NCBI GenBank assembly: GCA_046541715.1
Contig: JBKHCS010000003.1
Coordinates: 10,759 to 74,758, forward strand
Direction of reading: 5' to 3'
DNA length: 64,000 bases
DNA from: Spirochaetaceae bacterium
GTDB taxonomy: Bacteria; Spirochaetota; Spirochaetia; DSM-27196; PWMO01
The translations under genes and the position numbers were made by a program. Numbering within the stretch: the first letter of the stretch is position 1; each line of letters begins with the position of its first letter. Of this stretch, positions 28,212 through 36,475 are shown one piece after another. Below the pieces are notes generated by a model. That model ran no database searches, was not told the DNA's origin, and saw only the letters and a list, made by a program, of their open reading frames with translations.

Positions 28212-29234
28212 GTGCCACGGCCAATGCAGTACAAGGCCAACTCGGTTATCTACTTCAAAGGAGATGCCGGGGACAAGATCTTCATTCTCAAATCCGGTCG
28301 GGTCAGCCTGACGTCCAACGATATTGAGACGGGTCAGGAGATCCACGATTACATCCAGACCGGGGAGTTCTTCGGGGTAAAGTCGGCTATGGGGCGCTAT
28401 CCCCGGGAGGAGAATGCTGTCGTCCTGTCGGATGCGCACGTCATTATGTTCACGGTCCCCGAGTTCGAGGCTGTCGTCGCTCAGAATACCCGGGTTATTA
28501 TGAAGATGCTCAAGGTGTTCTCCAACCAACTTCGGCGGCTCCACGCCAAGGTTCGGAGCCTCCTTTCCCAGGACGAGCAGGTCGATCCCGAGGAGGGGCT
28601 CTTCCGGAACGGGGAGTACTTCATGAAACGGAAGCAGTACTCTCACGCCCTCTACGCCTTCAACAAGTACCTTACCTACTACCCCTCCGGTCGGTTTCAC
28701 GTGGATGCGAACAAGCTCGCTCAGACTGCCGAAGATTACGCCCAGCGCTACGGCCACGGAAAAGGACCCGCCGCACCGGGTCTCGATTCCGGCGGCGGGA
28801 TCGGGGCCGGAAGCTCCGGCGGCGCCGGCGCCGGCAAGCCGAAGCTGACCGACGCTGCCAAGCGCTACTACGAGGCGGTGAGCCTCTTCTCGCAACAGCG
28901 GTATAACGAGGCGCTCCGAGAATTCAAGGAGATCGTCAAGGAATCAGACGACGAGGAGTACCATGTTAAGTCGCTCTTCGAGATCGGCCGGTGTCTCTAC
29001 AGCATGACGCAGTACGACGCGGCGATAAAGCATTTTACCGGGGTGATTCAACGGTATCCCAAGTTGCCGGATCTCAAGGACGCCCTCTACTACGTGGGGC
29101 AGTGCTATCAGGCAAAGGGGGACAATACCCGGGCCGAAAGCTTCTACCGGAAGATTCTCTCCATGCCCCAGGTGGAAGAGGGACTCAAGCGAAAGGTTAA
29201 CAAGGCCATCAGGACGCTGGAGGCGGCGAGTTAG
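28212..29234 (+). CDS. cyclic-nucleotide-binding domain protein with C-terminal TPR repeats
   Basis: cNMP-binding fold (IYFKGDAGDKIFILKSGRV, GEFFG), a Gly-rich linker, then TPR units. GGAGG lies 6 nt before the GTG. Confidence 0.7.
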   Translation: MPRPMQYKANSVIYFKGDAGDKIFILKSGRVSLTSNDIETGQEIHDYIQTGEFFGVKSAMGRYPREENAVVLSDAHVIMFTVPEFEAVVAQNTRVIMKMLKVFSNQLRRLHAKVRSLLSQDEQVDPEEGLFRNGEYFMKRKQYSHALYAFNKYLTYYPSGRFHVDANKLAQTAEDYAQRYGHGKGPAAPGLDSGGGIGAGSSGGAGAGKPKLTDAAKRYYEAVSLFSQQRYNEALREFKEIVKESDDEEYHVKSLFEIGRCLYSMTQYDAAIKHFTGVIQRYPKLPDLKDALYYVGQCYQAKGDNTRAESFYRKILSMPQVEEGLKRKVNKAIRTLEAAS

Positions 29235-29872
29235 TGGAGCCGAACCTTCAGGCCTTCGAGCGCTTTGCGGTCAACTTTCCTAAAGGCGACTTAATCTTCT
29301 GCGAGTACGAGCCCGGGGATTCTTTCTACCTTATTCAGGAGGGGAGGGTACAGATCTCCCGCATCATGGGGGACATCGAGAAGACCATCGATATTCTCCA
29401 CCCCGGCGAAATCTTCGGCGAGATGGCGATTCTCGAAGAGGCTCCTCGCTCGGCGAACGCCATAGCCCTTGACCCCGTAAAGGCGCTGGAGTTCAACCGC
29501 GAAAACTTCGAGATCCTGATGCGGGGAAACCCGCAGATAGCTCTTAAGCTCCTTCGCCTCTTTACCAAGCGAATCTACGACCAGCGCCGCCGGTTTATGA
29601 TTCTTACTCTCGACGATACCCAGGCAAAGGTCGCAGACGTTTTTCTAATGCTGAACGAGCTCAAGCCGGAGCCGGAAGAGGATACCGGGGAGCGGGAGTT
29701 TCACACTACCGTGGAGGACATCGCCCACTGGGCCGGAATCTCGCCGGAGCAGAGCCGCAGTGTCTTGAGCCATTTCAACTCCCAACGGCGCATCGAGATC
29801 TCAAACGACAAGATCGTTGTAAAGAACATTAACGACTTCGCCCGGTTCGTGAGTAGCCGAAGGAAGACCTAA
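29234..29872 (+). CDS. Crp/Fnr-family transcriptional regulator (cNMP-binding plus HTH)
   Basis: GDSFYLIQEGRV and GEIFGEMA motifs with a C-terminal HTH (VEDIAHWAGISPEQSRSVL). GTG overlaps the upstream TAG by 1 nt. Confidence 0.75.
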   Translation: MEPNLQAFERFAVNFPKGDLIFCEYEPGDSFYLIQEGRVQISRIMGDIEKTIDILHPGEIFGEMAILEEAPRSANAIALDPVKALEFNRENFEILMRGNPQIALKLLRLFTKRIYDQRRRFMILTLDDTQAKVADVFLMLNELKPEPEEDTGEREFHTTVEDIAHWAGISPEQSRSVLSHFNSQRRIEISNDKIVVKNINDFARFVSSRRKT

Positions 29873-29952
29873 GGGCGACACCCTTCGACGCCGCCGGCCG
29901 GGTCGTCGACTACGAGCCCGGCGGCCGGCGGAGCCGTTAAAGCTCCGGTTAT

Positions 29953-30741
29953 CTAGAGTGGCTTCCGGCCGCGAATGATCGCCGAGTAAACCGGCGGAGC
30001 CCCTGCGCTTCCAGCGGCGTCTGTTTCAAAGCCGGTTGCGTCGCCGTTCCACCCCTGGTTGGCCGCCGGAGACTTTGATTCAACGGCGGCCTCTTCGAAA
30101 CCGACTGCCCGTAAACCTTTCAAGAGTCGATCTGCGGTTTCCGCGCCGGTGATGCACTCGCTGTAACGCCTGGCATCGGCGCGCTCCGGTTCGGAGAAGG
30201 GGCGGAGTGCGACGAGGTCCGAAATGGCCAGGCGTCCGCCGGGTTTCAGGACGCGAAAGACCTCTCCGAAGACCCGGTCTTTCTCCGGCGAGAGATTGAC
30301 CACGCAGTTGGAGATGATTACGTCCACACTCGCGTCTTCCAGAGGAATCTCTTCTATCAACCCTTTCCGGAACTCTACGTTGTCGAAACCGGCCCTGGCT
30401 GCGTTTTCCCGGGCCCGTTCGAGCATCTCGTCGGTCATATCTACACCGATTACCCGGCCTTCGGGGCCGACCCGCCGGGCCGCCAAGAAACAGTCGATTC
30501 CGGCGCCGCTCCCCAGATCCAGGACGACCTCTCCCGGTTGTAGCTCCGCCACTAGGGTCGGGTTTCCGCATCCGAGACCCAGGTCTGCGCCCCCGGGGAC
30601 TAATGCCAATTCTTCGAAGGTGTAGCCGCCCCCGCAACAGTCGGACGATGCCTCTTCAGGCTTGCAGCAGGCGGCCGCGGATTTGGCTTTGGCCGCATAG
30701 TGCTCTCGGACGGTATCCCGGATCACGCTGCTCTGATTCAT
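29953..30741 (-). CDS. arsM: arsenite S-adenosylmethionine methyltransferase
   Basis: Cys-rich N-terminus (AACCKPEEASSDCCGGG), SAM motif VLDLGSGAGID and NCVVNL. Confidence 0.8.
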   Translation of the reverse strand: MNQSSVIRDTVREHYAAKAKSAAACCKPEEASSDCCGGGYTFEELALVPGGADLGLGCGNPTLVAELQPGEVVLDLGSGAGIDCFLAARRVGPEGRVIGVDMTDEMLERARENAARAGFDNVEFRKGLIEEIPLEDASVDVIISNCVVNLSPEKDRVFGEVFRVLKPGGRLAISDLVALRPFSEPERADARRYSECITGAETADRLLKGLRAVGFEEAAVESKSPAANQGWNGDATGFETDAAGSAGAPPVYSAIIRGRKPL

Positions 30742-30781
30742 GTGGTTCCTCCTCGTTCGCCTTTATCGTCCGGTCTTTGTC

Positions 30782-31225
30782 TCATAGCCGTCCCTCGGAC
30801 AGGTCCCGACAGAAGTCCGCGACCTTCTCCTTGATCTGATCGCGAATAGGACGAACGTAGGCAAGCCGCTCTTCCATCGACCCTTCGGCCTTTGAGGGAT
30901 CGGGGAACGGCCAATGCAGCCGCTTCTTCTCCGCCGGAAAGATGGGACACCGTTCCGCGGCCTCCGGGTCACAGACGGCGATAACGTAGTCGAACGCGTT
31001 CCCGGCTTCGTGCAGGTCGTAGACGCTTCGAGTCGCTTTACCCGTGATGTCGATTCCATCCTCTTTGAGGAGCTCGACGACGACGGGATTCAGGTTTCCC
31101 GGCTCGATACCGGCGCTCTCCACCTCCAGGTCCGGGCCACCGCAGGCATGCCGGAGGTACTCCTCCGTCATTTGGCTTCGAGCGCTGTTGTGGATACAGA
31201 TGGCGAGAACGCGTGTTTTAGGCAC
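30782..31225 (-). CDS. arsC: arsenate reductase, LMW-PTP (thioredoxin-coupled) type
   Basis: CX5R loop CIHNSARS, distal Cys pair VCDPEAAERCP and WPFPDPS. GTG start preceded by AAGGAG. Confidence 0.8.
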   Translation of the reverse strand: MPKTRVLAICIHNSARSQMTEEYLRHACGGPDLEVESAGIEPGNLNPVVVELLKEDGIDITGKATRSVYDLHEAGNAFDYVIAVCDPEAAERCPIFPAEKKRLHWPFPDPSKAEGSMEERLAYVRPIRDQIKEKVADFCRDLSEGRL

Positions 31226-32102
31226 CCGCTTGCTCCTTCGACTTATCCTTTTCTCTGATCGCCTCTACGAATTGGCGCACCGCCTCTTTGATGACATCAC
31301 GCACTTCCCGCGTCTTGTGGAGAATCTCGTCCGGGGTTCCTTCGAACTTGGACGGGTCCGGGAACGGCCAGTTCAGCCTTCTCACCGGTCCCGGAAAGAT
31401 CGGACAGCCCTCTTCGGCCTCTCGACTGCAGACCGTCACGACATAGGCAAACGTTTTTCCGGAGTTGTAGACGTCGAAGACGCTTCGGGTTTGCTTGTCG
31501 GAAATATCGATACCTTCTTCCTTCATCACCTTTACCACATTTGCGTTCAGTTCCCCGGGCTCGAGCCCCGCGCTTTCGACCTCGAAGAGGTCGCCGGCAA
31601 AGTGGCGTAGGTATTCCTCCGCCATCTGGCTCCGGGCGCTGTTGTGAACACAGACGAAGAGAACCGACTGCTTGTCGTCCGCCATTTTTTTCTCCTTGTG
31701 CTGGTATTCCGGCGGGTTATACCCCGCCGTATAGGTCACGATGCAGCGGTCGCCTTGCCGCAGGTCGAGTCGCCATCGAAGTCGATCGAGGTCCTGGTTG
31801 AAGGGGGCGTCTTCTCGAGGAATCGTCGCGATGGTATCGAAGAGCCGTAGGGCAAAGGGATCCTCCGTGAGCCGGTAGTACATCAATCTGCCGCGACGGT
31901 CCTCTTCGACTAGGCCCGCCGAACGCAGTTGTCCCATGATGCGACTAACCGCGTACTGCGGACGCCGGAGGACGTCGACGAGCTCGCAGACACACAACGG
32001 CTCCCCGGCGGCCACGAGGACGCGGAGCGCCCGGAGTCGTGTTTCTTCGGACGAGGCCTTAAGCATGTCCACGTACCGGCTCATATATGCAGTATAGTGC
32101 AT
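31218..32102 (-). CDS. ArsR-family repressor fused in frame to a second LMW-PTP arsenate reductase
   Basis: N-terminal winged HTH with the metalloid-site motif LCVCEL. C-terminal CVHNSARS, VCSREAEEGCP and WPFPDPS. No stop at the junction. Confidence 0.75.
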   Translation of the reverse strand: MHYTAYMSRYVDMLKASSEETRLRALRVLVAAGEPLCVCELVDVLRRPQYAVSRIMGQLRSAGLVEEDRRGRLMYYRLTEDPFALRLFDTIATIPREDAPFNQDLDRLRWRLDLRQGDRCIVTYTAGYNPPEYQHKEKKMADDKQSVLFVCVHNSARSQMAEEYLRHFAGDLFEVESAGLEPGELNANVVKVMKEEGIDISDKQTRSVFDVYNSGKTFAYVVTVCSREAEEGCPIFPGPVRRLNWPFPDPSKFEGTPDEILHKTREVRDVIKEAVRQFVEAIREKDKSKEQAGA

Positions 32103-32108
32103 AGGTGC

Positions 32109-32136
32109 ATAATAAGCAAGCTATAGGAAGTATCAA
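32109..32136 (-). promoter_or_regulatory. sigma70-type promoter for arsR::arsC (TTGATA-N16-TATTAT), 6 nt before the ATG
   Basis: The -35 hexamer lies inside palindrome copy B. The predicted TSS coincides with the ATG at 32102. Confidence 0.45.
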
Positions 32137-32151
32137 CGAGCGTGTTGATGA
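32130..32151. repeat. palindrome family copy B GTATCAACGAGCGTGTTGATGA
   Basis: Shares TATCAAC...GTTGAT arms with copy A. Its near edge is 28 nt upstream of the arsR::arsC ATG. Confidence 0.85.
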
Positions 32152-32253
32152 GAATTCAGTTAACTCTTTTAGATAAAGATAATTAGCGACGGTTTTTAGA
32201 GGTCTTTTCGCTTTTTCGAAACAACAGACGACGGCTAAAGAAGTTAGAGCGAA

Positions 32254-32275
32254 ATATCAACAGGCTTGTTGACAC
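32254..32275. repeat. palindrome family copy C ATATCAACAGGCTTGTTGACAC
   Basis: Shares the arms and the flanking cga.. / ..ACGT with copy A. Begins 4 nt past the tRNA-Thr 3' end. Confidence 0.85.
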
Positions 32276-32278
32276 GTT

Positions 32279-32350
32279 AGCCAAGACGGGGATTCGAACC
32301 CCGGACCTGCTCATTACGAGTGAGCTGCTCTACCACTGAGCTATCTTGGC
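32279..32350 (-). tRNA. tRNA-Thr (anticodon CGU)
   Basis: Manual cloverleaf: acceptor GCCAAGA/TCTTGGC, D arm GCTC..GAGC, anticodon stem GCTCA/TGAGC with loop CTCGTAA, T arm CGGGG-TTCGAAT-CCCCG. No encoded CCA. Confidence 0.9.
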
Positions 32351-32354
32351 ACGT

Positions 32355-32383
32355 TTGAGCTGTTTACAAGCCGGAAATATACA
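32355..32383 (+). promoter_or_regulatory. possible promoter for ndh (TTGAGC-N17-TATACA)
   Basis: Hexamers read directly, about 78 nt upstream of the ATG at 32461. Confidence 0.3.
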
Positions 32384-32460
32384 CCAAAGCGACACCGGAG
32401 AAAAAGGCCCTTCGCGGAAAGTTGTCGTCACGACAAAGCGTAAGTACCATTGTCGGGAAT

Positions 32461-33672
32461 ATGAGTGCCAAACGGATATGCGTCGTCGGGGGGGGCTTCG
32501 CCGGGGTGGCGGCGGCCCGGACTATTCTCGATCGTTACTCGGATCTCCGGGTTACCCTTGTCGACCGCACGGGTCTTGCGACAATGGTTCCCGCACTTCC
32601 CGACGTTCTCTCGGGACGGGTTTCTAAAGAAGCCTTTGCCCGCCCCTTGGTGGAGGTCTTTAGGAGACATACGCCGGACCGTTTCTCGTTGGCTACCGAC
32701 GAGATTACCGGGATCGACCTGGCCGAACGGAAGCTGACGGGGAACGAGGGGACCTACCAGTACGATGGTCTGGTCGTCGCAACCGGCTCGACCCCTGAGT
32801 ATTACGGGTTTGCTCCGGAGAACGGCCGGCTACACACGGTGCATACCCTAACGGCGGCTCTTGCTTTTCGCGACGCCGTAGCCCGGCGTCTGGAGAAAGG
32901 CCCCGTCGAGGTCATAGTCGTCGGGGGCGGCTACACCGGTCTCGAAGTCGCCGCCTCTCTTCGGAAAGGGGCGAAGAGCGGTGCCCACCGCCTCGGCATT
33001 ACGGTGGTCGAAGCCGCACCGGAGGTTGTTACCTTCCTGGACGCCAAGATTCGGCAGCGTATCGCAGACTACTTCGCCGGGTTGGATATACCCATCCGAA
33101 CGGGCACGACCCTCAAAGAGTATGCCGACGAGACGGCGGTGCTTTCCGACGGCAGCCGGGTAGAGAAATGCCTCGTCTGTTGGTCCGCCGGCATGCGGGC
33201 TCCCGAAACCAAAATCTCCGGGGCTCTAGAGCGGGAGAAAGACGGACGGATTTGTGTTTCCGAGCATCTGCAGCTCCCGGGCCACCCGGAAGTGTTCGTC
33301 GCCGGGGACACCGCGGCTCTCGAGAAAGAGGGGAGGGTGCTCCGACGGGCGGTGAACTTCTCTTACTATTCCGGAAAAGCTGCGGGGCGTAACGTAGCCG
33401 CCTACCTATCCGGGAAACGACTGCGTCCCTTTCGGCCCATCGACTTGGGATGGATTATCCCCCTCGGAGACGTCAGCACCGGCCGCATCTTCGGCTCGAT
33501 GCGGGTGGGAGACGCGTTCGGGCTACGGCTTCACTACACGATGTGCGGATTTCGTCATTTCGGCGCCAAGGAGGCCTGGGAGTTCTACCGAACGGCCCTT
33601 CACCTCGGCCGCTCTCCGGAGCCCTTGTCCTCGCCCTCCTCCCGACCGGAAAGCGGTCCGGCTCCCGGATGA
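32461..33672 (+). CDS. ndh: type II NADH:quinone oxidoreductase
   Basis: Two dinucleotide folds (ICVVGGGFAG and VIVVGGGYTGLE). Start moved to the ATG at 32461. Confidence 0.85.
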   Translation: MSAKRICVVGGGFAGVAAARTILDRYSDLRVTLVDRTGLATMVPALPDVLSGRVSKEAFARPLVEVFRRHTPDRFSLATDEITGIDLAERKLTGNEGTYQYDGLVVATGSTPEYYGFAPENGRLHTVHTLTAALAFRDAVARRLEKGPVEVIVVGGGYTGLEVAASLRKGAKSGAHRLGITVVEAAPEVVTFLDAKIRQRIADYFAGLDIPIRTGTTLKEYADETAVLSDGSRVEKCLVCWSAGMRAPETKISGALEREKDGRICVSEHLQLPGHPEVFVAGDTAALEKEGRVLRRAVNFSYYSGKAAGRNVAAYLSGKRLRPFRPIDLGWIIPLGDVSTGRIFGSMRVGDAFGLRLHYTMCGFRHFGAKEAWEFYRTALHLGRSPEPLSSPSSRPESGPAPG

Positions 33673-34634
33673 CTCCTTTGAATGGTTCCGGGGGACCGGA
33701 TCGGGCTCCGAGGGACCCCGGTGCGGCTGGTGGCGACTCTTTTCTCCGGCGGTGGGTACGGTCGCTGCGTCCCTATTCGTTTACCGCCTCGGTTATGCCG
33801 GTACTCTTAGCCGCCGCAATTGCTTCTACGATCCCGTCGGAAGCCGCGTGGTGGTGCTTGGTGCCCTTTGGCATCGCCGCGGTGCTGCTCCACGCCGGGA
33901 CAAACGTACTCAACGACTACTACGACTATCTTCACGGAGTCGACACGATCGGCGACCGGGACACCAGCCACGTCATTACCCAAGGCGTTATGACACCGAG
34001 GTTCATGAAGATATCGGGGCACCTCTACTTTCTCGCCGGAATTGCCGTCGGCAGCACGATTGCCGTAACCCGGGGGCCTCTCTACTTCGTGGCCGGACTC
34101 TTGGGGGCCCTCGGGGCCTACTCCTACACGAACGCCCGGCTGAGCCTTAAGTACCACGCCCTCGGGGATCTCGCGGTATTCGTGTTAATGGGGCCGGCGC
34201 TCGTCGTCATGGGCGTCTGGGCTCTCGAGGGGACCCTGGTCGCCACGGCACCTCTTGCCTCAATTCCGGTCGCCATGCTGGTTACAGCGATTCTTCACGG
34301 TAACAACACGCGGAATATCGCCGAAGACACGGCCGCGGGAATCAGTACCCTGGCAGGGCTTTTAGGCTTCGGTCCCTCGAAGCTCTTGTTTGCCGGACTC
34401 GTCGGCGCCTCCTATGCGGTTACAGTGGCACTGGTGTCATTCGGGACGGTCGGGTTGGGAGCCCTCCTGGCCTTTCTGAGCCTTCCCTTCGGGGTCTCCC
34501 TCGTCCGGACCGTTTTGTCGGCGGAGAGCCCTACCTTGCTCCTGCGGCTCCCGATGTCTACGGCTCAGGTTCACCTGGTTTTTTCCGTATTCTACGTTCT
34601 TGGGATCTTTCTTGGTGGCCTCACGGGTCTCTGA
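33669..34634 (+). CDS. menA: UbiA-family prenyltransferase, MenA-like (1,4-dihydroxy-2-naphthoate polyprenyltransferase)
   Basis: NDYYDYLHGVD Asp-rich motif and multi-TM topology. ATGA overlap with the ndh stop. Confidence 0.7.
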   Translation: MTPLNGSGGPDRAPRDPGAAGGDSFLRRWVRSLRPYSFTASVMPVLLAAAIASTIPSEAAWWCLVPFGIAAVLLHAGTNVLNDYYDYLHGVDTIGDRDTSHVITQGVMTPRFMKISGHLYFLAGIAVGSTIAVTRGPLYFVAGLLGALGAYSYTNARLSLKYHALGDLAVFVLMGPALVVMGVWALEGTLVATAPLASIPVAMLVTAILHGNNTRNIAEDTAAGISTLAGLLGFGPSKLLFAGLVGASYAVTVALVSFGTVGLGALLAFLSLPFGVSLVRTVLSAESPTLLLRLPMSTAQVHLVFSVFYVLGIFLGGLTGL

Positions 34635-34651
34635 CCAATTATCTTAGCTTT

Positions 34652-35365
34652 ATGCGACGAGTTGGTAAGATTGCGTTGGGGATTTTTGGGGTTCTCGCTG
34701 TTGGGCTTATCGGTTTTCTCGGCTATATCTGGTTCTCCGGGGGAACCGCAGAGCCGTCGCGGGAGACGGAAGCCGAAGAGGTCGCGCCCGGTCAACCGGA
34801 ATCGGTGGTCTACTCCGCGGTTCCCGGAGAGTCGGAGGCTCGGTTCATTATCGAGGAGGTCCTCCGAGGACAACCGAATACAGTGGTCGGCGTTACCGAT
34901 CAGGTAGACGGTTCGCTTTCCCTCCGGTTTCAGCCCCCGGATGTTGAGATCGGGCAGTTCGTTATCAACGTGAGGAGCGTCGAGACCGACGACGAAGTGC
35001 GGGATCGGACAATTCGATCCCTCATCCTCGAGTCGAACAAAGACGAATTCGAGTTTTCGACCTTTCAGCCGGCATCGATAGCCGGGGTTCCTGAATCGAT
35101 CGCAACCGGGGACACCCTCGACCTCGAGGTTACCGGGGATCTAACCGTTCGGGACGTTACCCGCCCGGTTGTCTTTGACATGGCCCTCGAGGTCTCCTCC
35201 CGCGAAGAGATTCGGGGCACCGCAAACACGACGATCACCTGGGACGATTTCGATATCACCATTCCCTACGTCGGGGGAGACTCTATCGTCGCGAGCGTCG
35301 GGGACGAGGTGCGTCTCGAGCTCGACTTTCTCGCCCGGGCAACCGAGAACTCGTCTCGGGAGTAA
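34652..35365 (+). CDS. YceI-like (polyisoprenoid-binding) periplasmic protein
   Basis: N-terminal TM/signal followed by YceI-like beta-barrel motifs (VETDDEVRDRTIRS, VTGDLTVRDVTRPVVF). Confidence 0.7.
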   Translation: MRRVGKIALGIFGVLAVGLIGFLGYIWFSGGTAEPSRETEAEEVAPGQPESVVYSAVPGESEARFIIEEVLRGQPNTVVGVTDQVDGSLSLRFQPPDVEIGQFVINVRSVETDDEVRDRTIRSLILESNKDEFEFSTFQPASIAGVPESIATGDTLDLEVTGDLTVRDVTRPVVFDMALEVSSREEIRGTANTTITWDDFDITIPYVGGDSIVASVGDEVRLELDFLARATENSSRE

Positions 35366-35483
35366 ATCGCGCAGTTTAATCCAAACAGTCTACTCCACTT
35401 CTCTCCGTGAGGTTGGATACTCTAGGTGGGTTCCTCGCTCCCGAGGGTATTCGGAAAATGAGGACTCCCGGAGGATAGTCAAC

Positions 35484-36470
35484 ATGAAGAAACAATCTGA
35501 CCGTCGCCTCTTTATCGCGTCGGCCATCCTGCTAACCCTTGTGGCCGCCGGAATCCTTGCTTCCTGCGCCCCGGCGGAAGAGGGGGATCAGCCGGTGTCC
35601 GTGACGTTCGGCGATATGACCTGGGATAGCGTCCGGGTACACAATCGCATCGTCGCATTCATTCTCGAGGAGGGATACGGCGACTACACCATCGATTACA
35701 CCGAAGGAGCCACGACGGCGATGGCCACCGGACTTCGACAGGGAGACCTCGACGTAATTCTCGAGTCCTGGCACAACAATTGGAACGACGCCTACGACGA
35801 GGCGATGGCGGCGGGCGAGTTTCTCGACCTTGGACCGAACTACCCGGAAGCGCCCCAGGGCTGGTACGTCCCGACCTACGTTATCGAAGGGGACGCCGAG
35901 CGCGAAATCGAGCCGATGGCTCCGGATCTCGAAACCATCGAAGATCTTCCCGAATACTGGGAGGTCTTCAAAGACCCGGAAGAGCCGGACAAGGGCCGAA
36001 TTATGGTGGGCCCCCCGGGATGGGAAGTTACCGAAACAAACGAGGAAGTGATGGAGGAGCACGGGCTCACCGATTACTACACCGCCTTCTTGCCCGGAAG
36101 CGACGCCGCCCTGAAGGCCTCCATGGAATCGGCCTACCGCCGGGAAGACCCCTGGCTCGGCTACCATTGGGAACCGACGTGGATCCTCGGAAAGCTCGAC
36201 ATGACGATGATCGAAGGCGTCGGTCTCTCAAGCGGACTGGTCCACAAGCTCGTTCATCCGAGCATGGAGGAACAGGCACCCGAGTTGGTAGAACTCCTCG
36301 AGCGCTACGAGACGACCCTGGAGCAGAACAACGCCTTTTTGGCCCAGATGCAGGAAAACGACTGGGACTACGATGACGCTGCCCAATGGTACCTCCGGGA
36401 GTACGAAAGCGATTGGACCACCTGGGTCGATGACGAGGTGGCGGAGCGGGTGCGAAGCGCGCTGGAATAG
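35484..36470 (+). CDS. glycine betaine/proline betaine ABC transporter substrate-binding lipoprotein
   Basis: Lipobox ILASCA and OpuAC-like sequence with aromatic residues (WDSVRV, ESWHNNW). Start moved to the ATG at 35484. Confidence 0.75.
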   Translation: MKKQSDRRLFIASAILLTLVAAGILASCAPAEEGDQPVSVTFGDMTWDSVRVHNRIVAFILEEGYGDYTIDYTEGATTAMATGLRQGDLDVILESWHNNWNDAYDEAMAAGEFLDLGPNYPEAPQGWYVPTYVIEGDAEREIEPMAPDLETIEDLPEYWEVFKDPEEPDKGRIMVGPPGWEVTETNEEVMEEHGLTDYYTAFLPGSDAALKASMESAYRREDPWLGYHWEPTWILGKLDMTMIEGVGLSSGLVHKLVHPSMEEQAPELVELLERYETTLEQNNAFLAQMQENDWDYDDAAQWYLREYESDWTTWVDDEVAERVRSALE

Positions 36471-36475
36471 AGCTT

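Noticed and set aside
29873-29952. GC-rich imperfect inverted repeat (GCCGCCGGCCGGG ... CCCGGCGGCCGGCGG) between the convergent crp-like and arsM genes as a bidirectional terminator.
   Set aside because: The arms are imperfect and there is no U tract on either strand. It is plausible but not supportable from sequence alone.
29953-32350. The ars cluster as a genomic island integrated at tRNA-Thr.
   Set aside because: No integrase or recombinase. I could find no direct repeat of the tRNA 3' end on the far side. Composition looks similar to the flanks. Adjacency alone is insufficient.
32347-32362. TGGCACgtttgAGCTG next to the tRNA-Thr 5' end as a third sigma54 promoter.
   Set aside because: The -12 element is missing (GC is displaced by 1 nt and there is no TTGC). 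The TGGCAC is simply the tRNA acceptor end plus flank.
35769-35784. TGGCACaacaaTTGGA, a near sigma54 match.
   Set aside because: It lies inside the opuAC coding sequence, and the critical -12 GC is replaced by GG.
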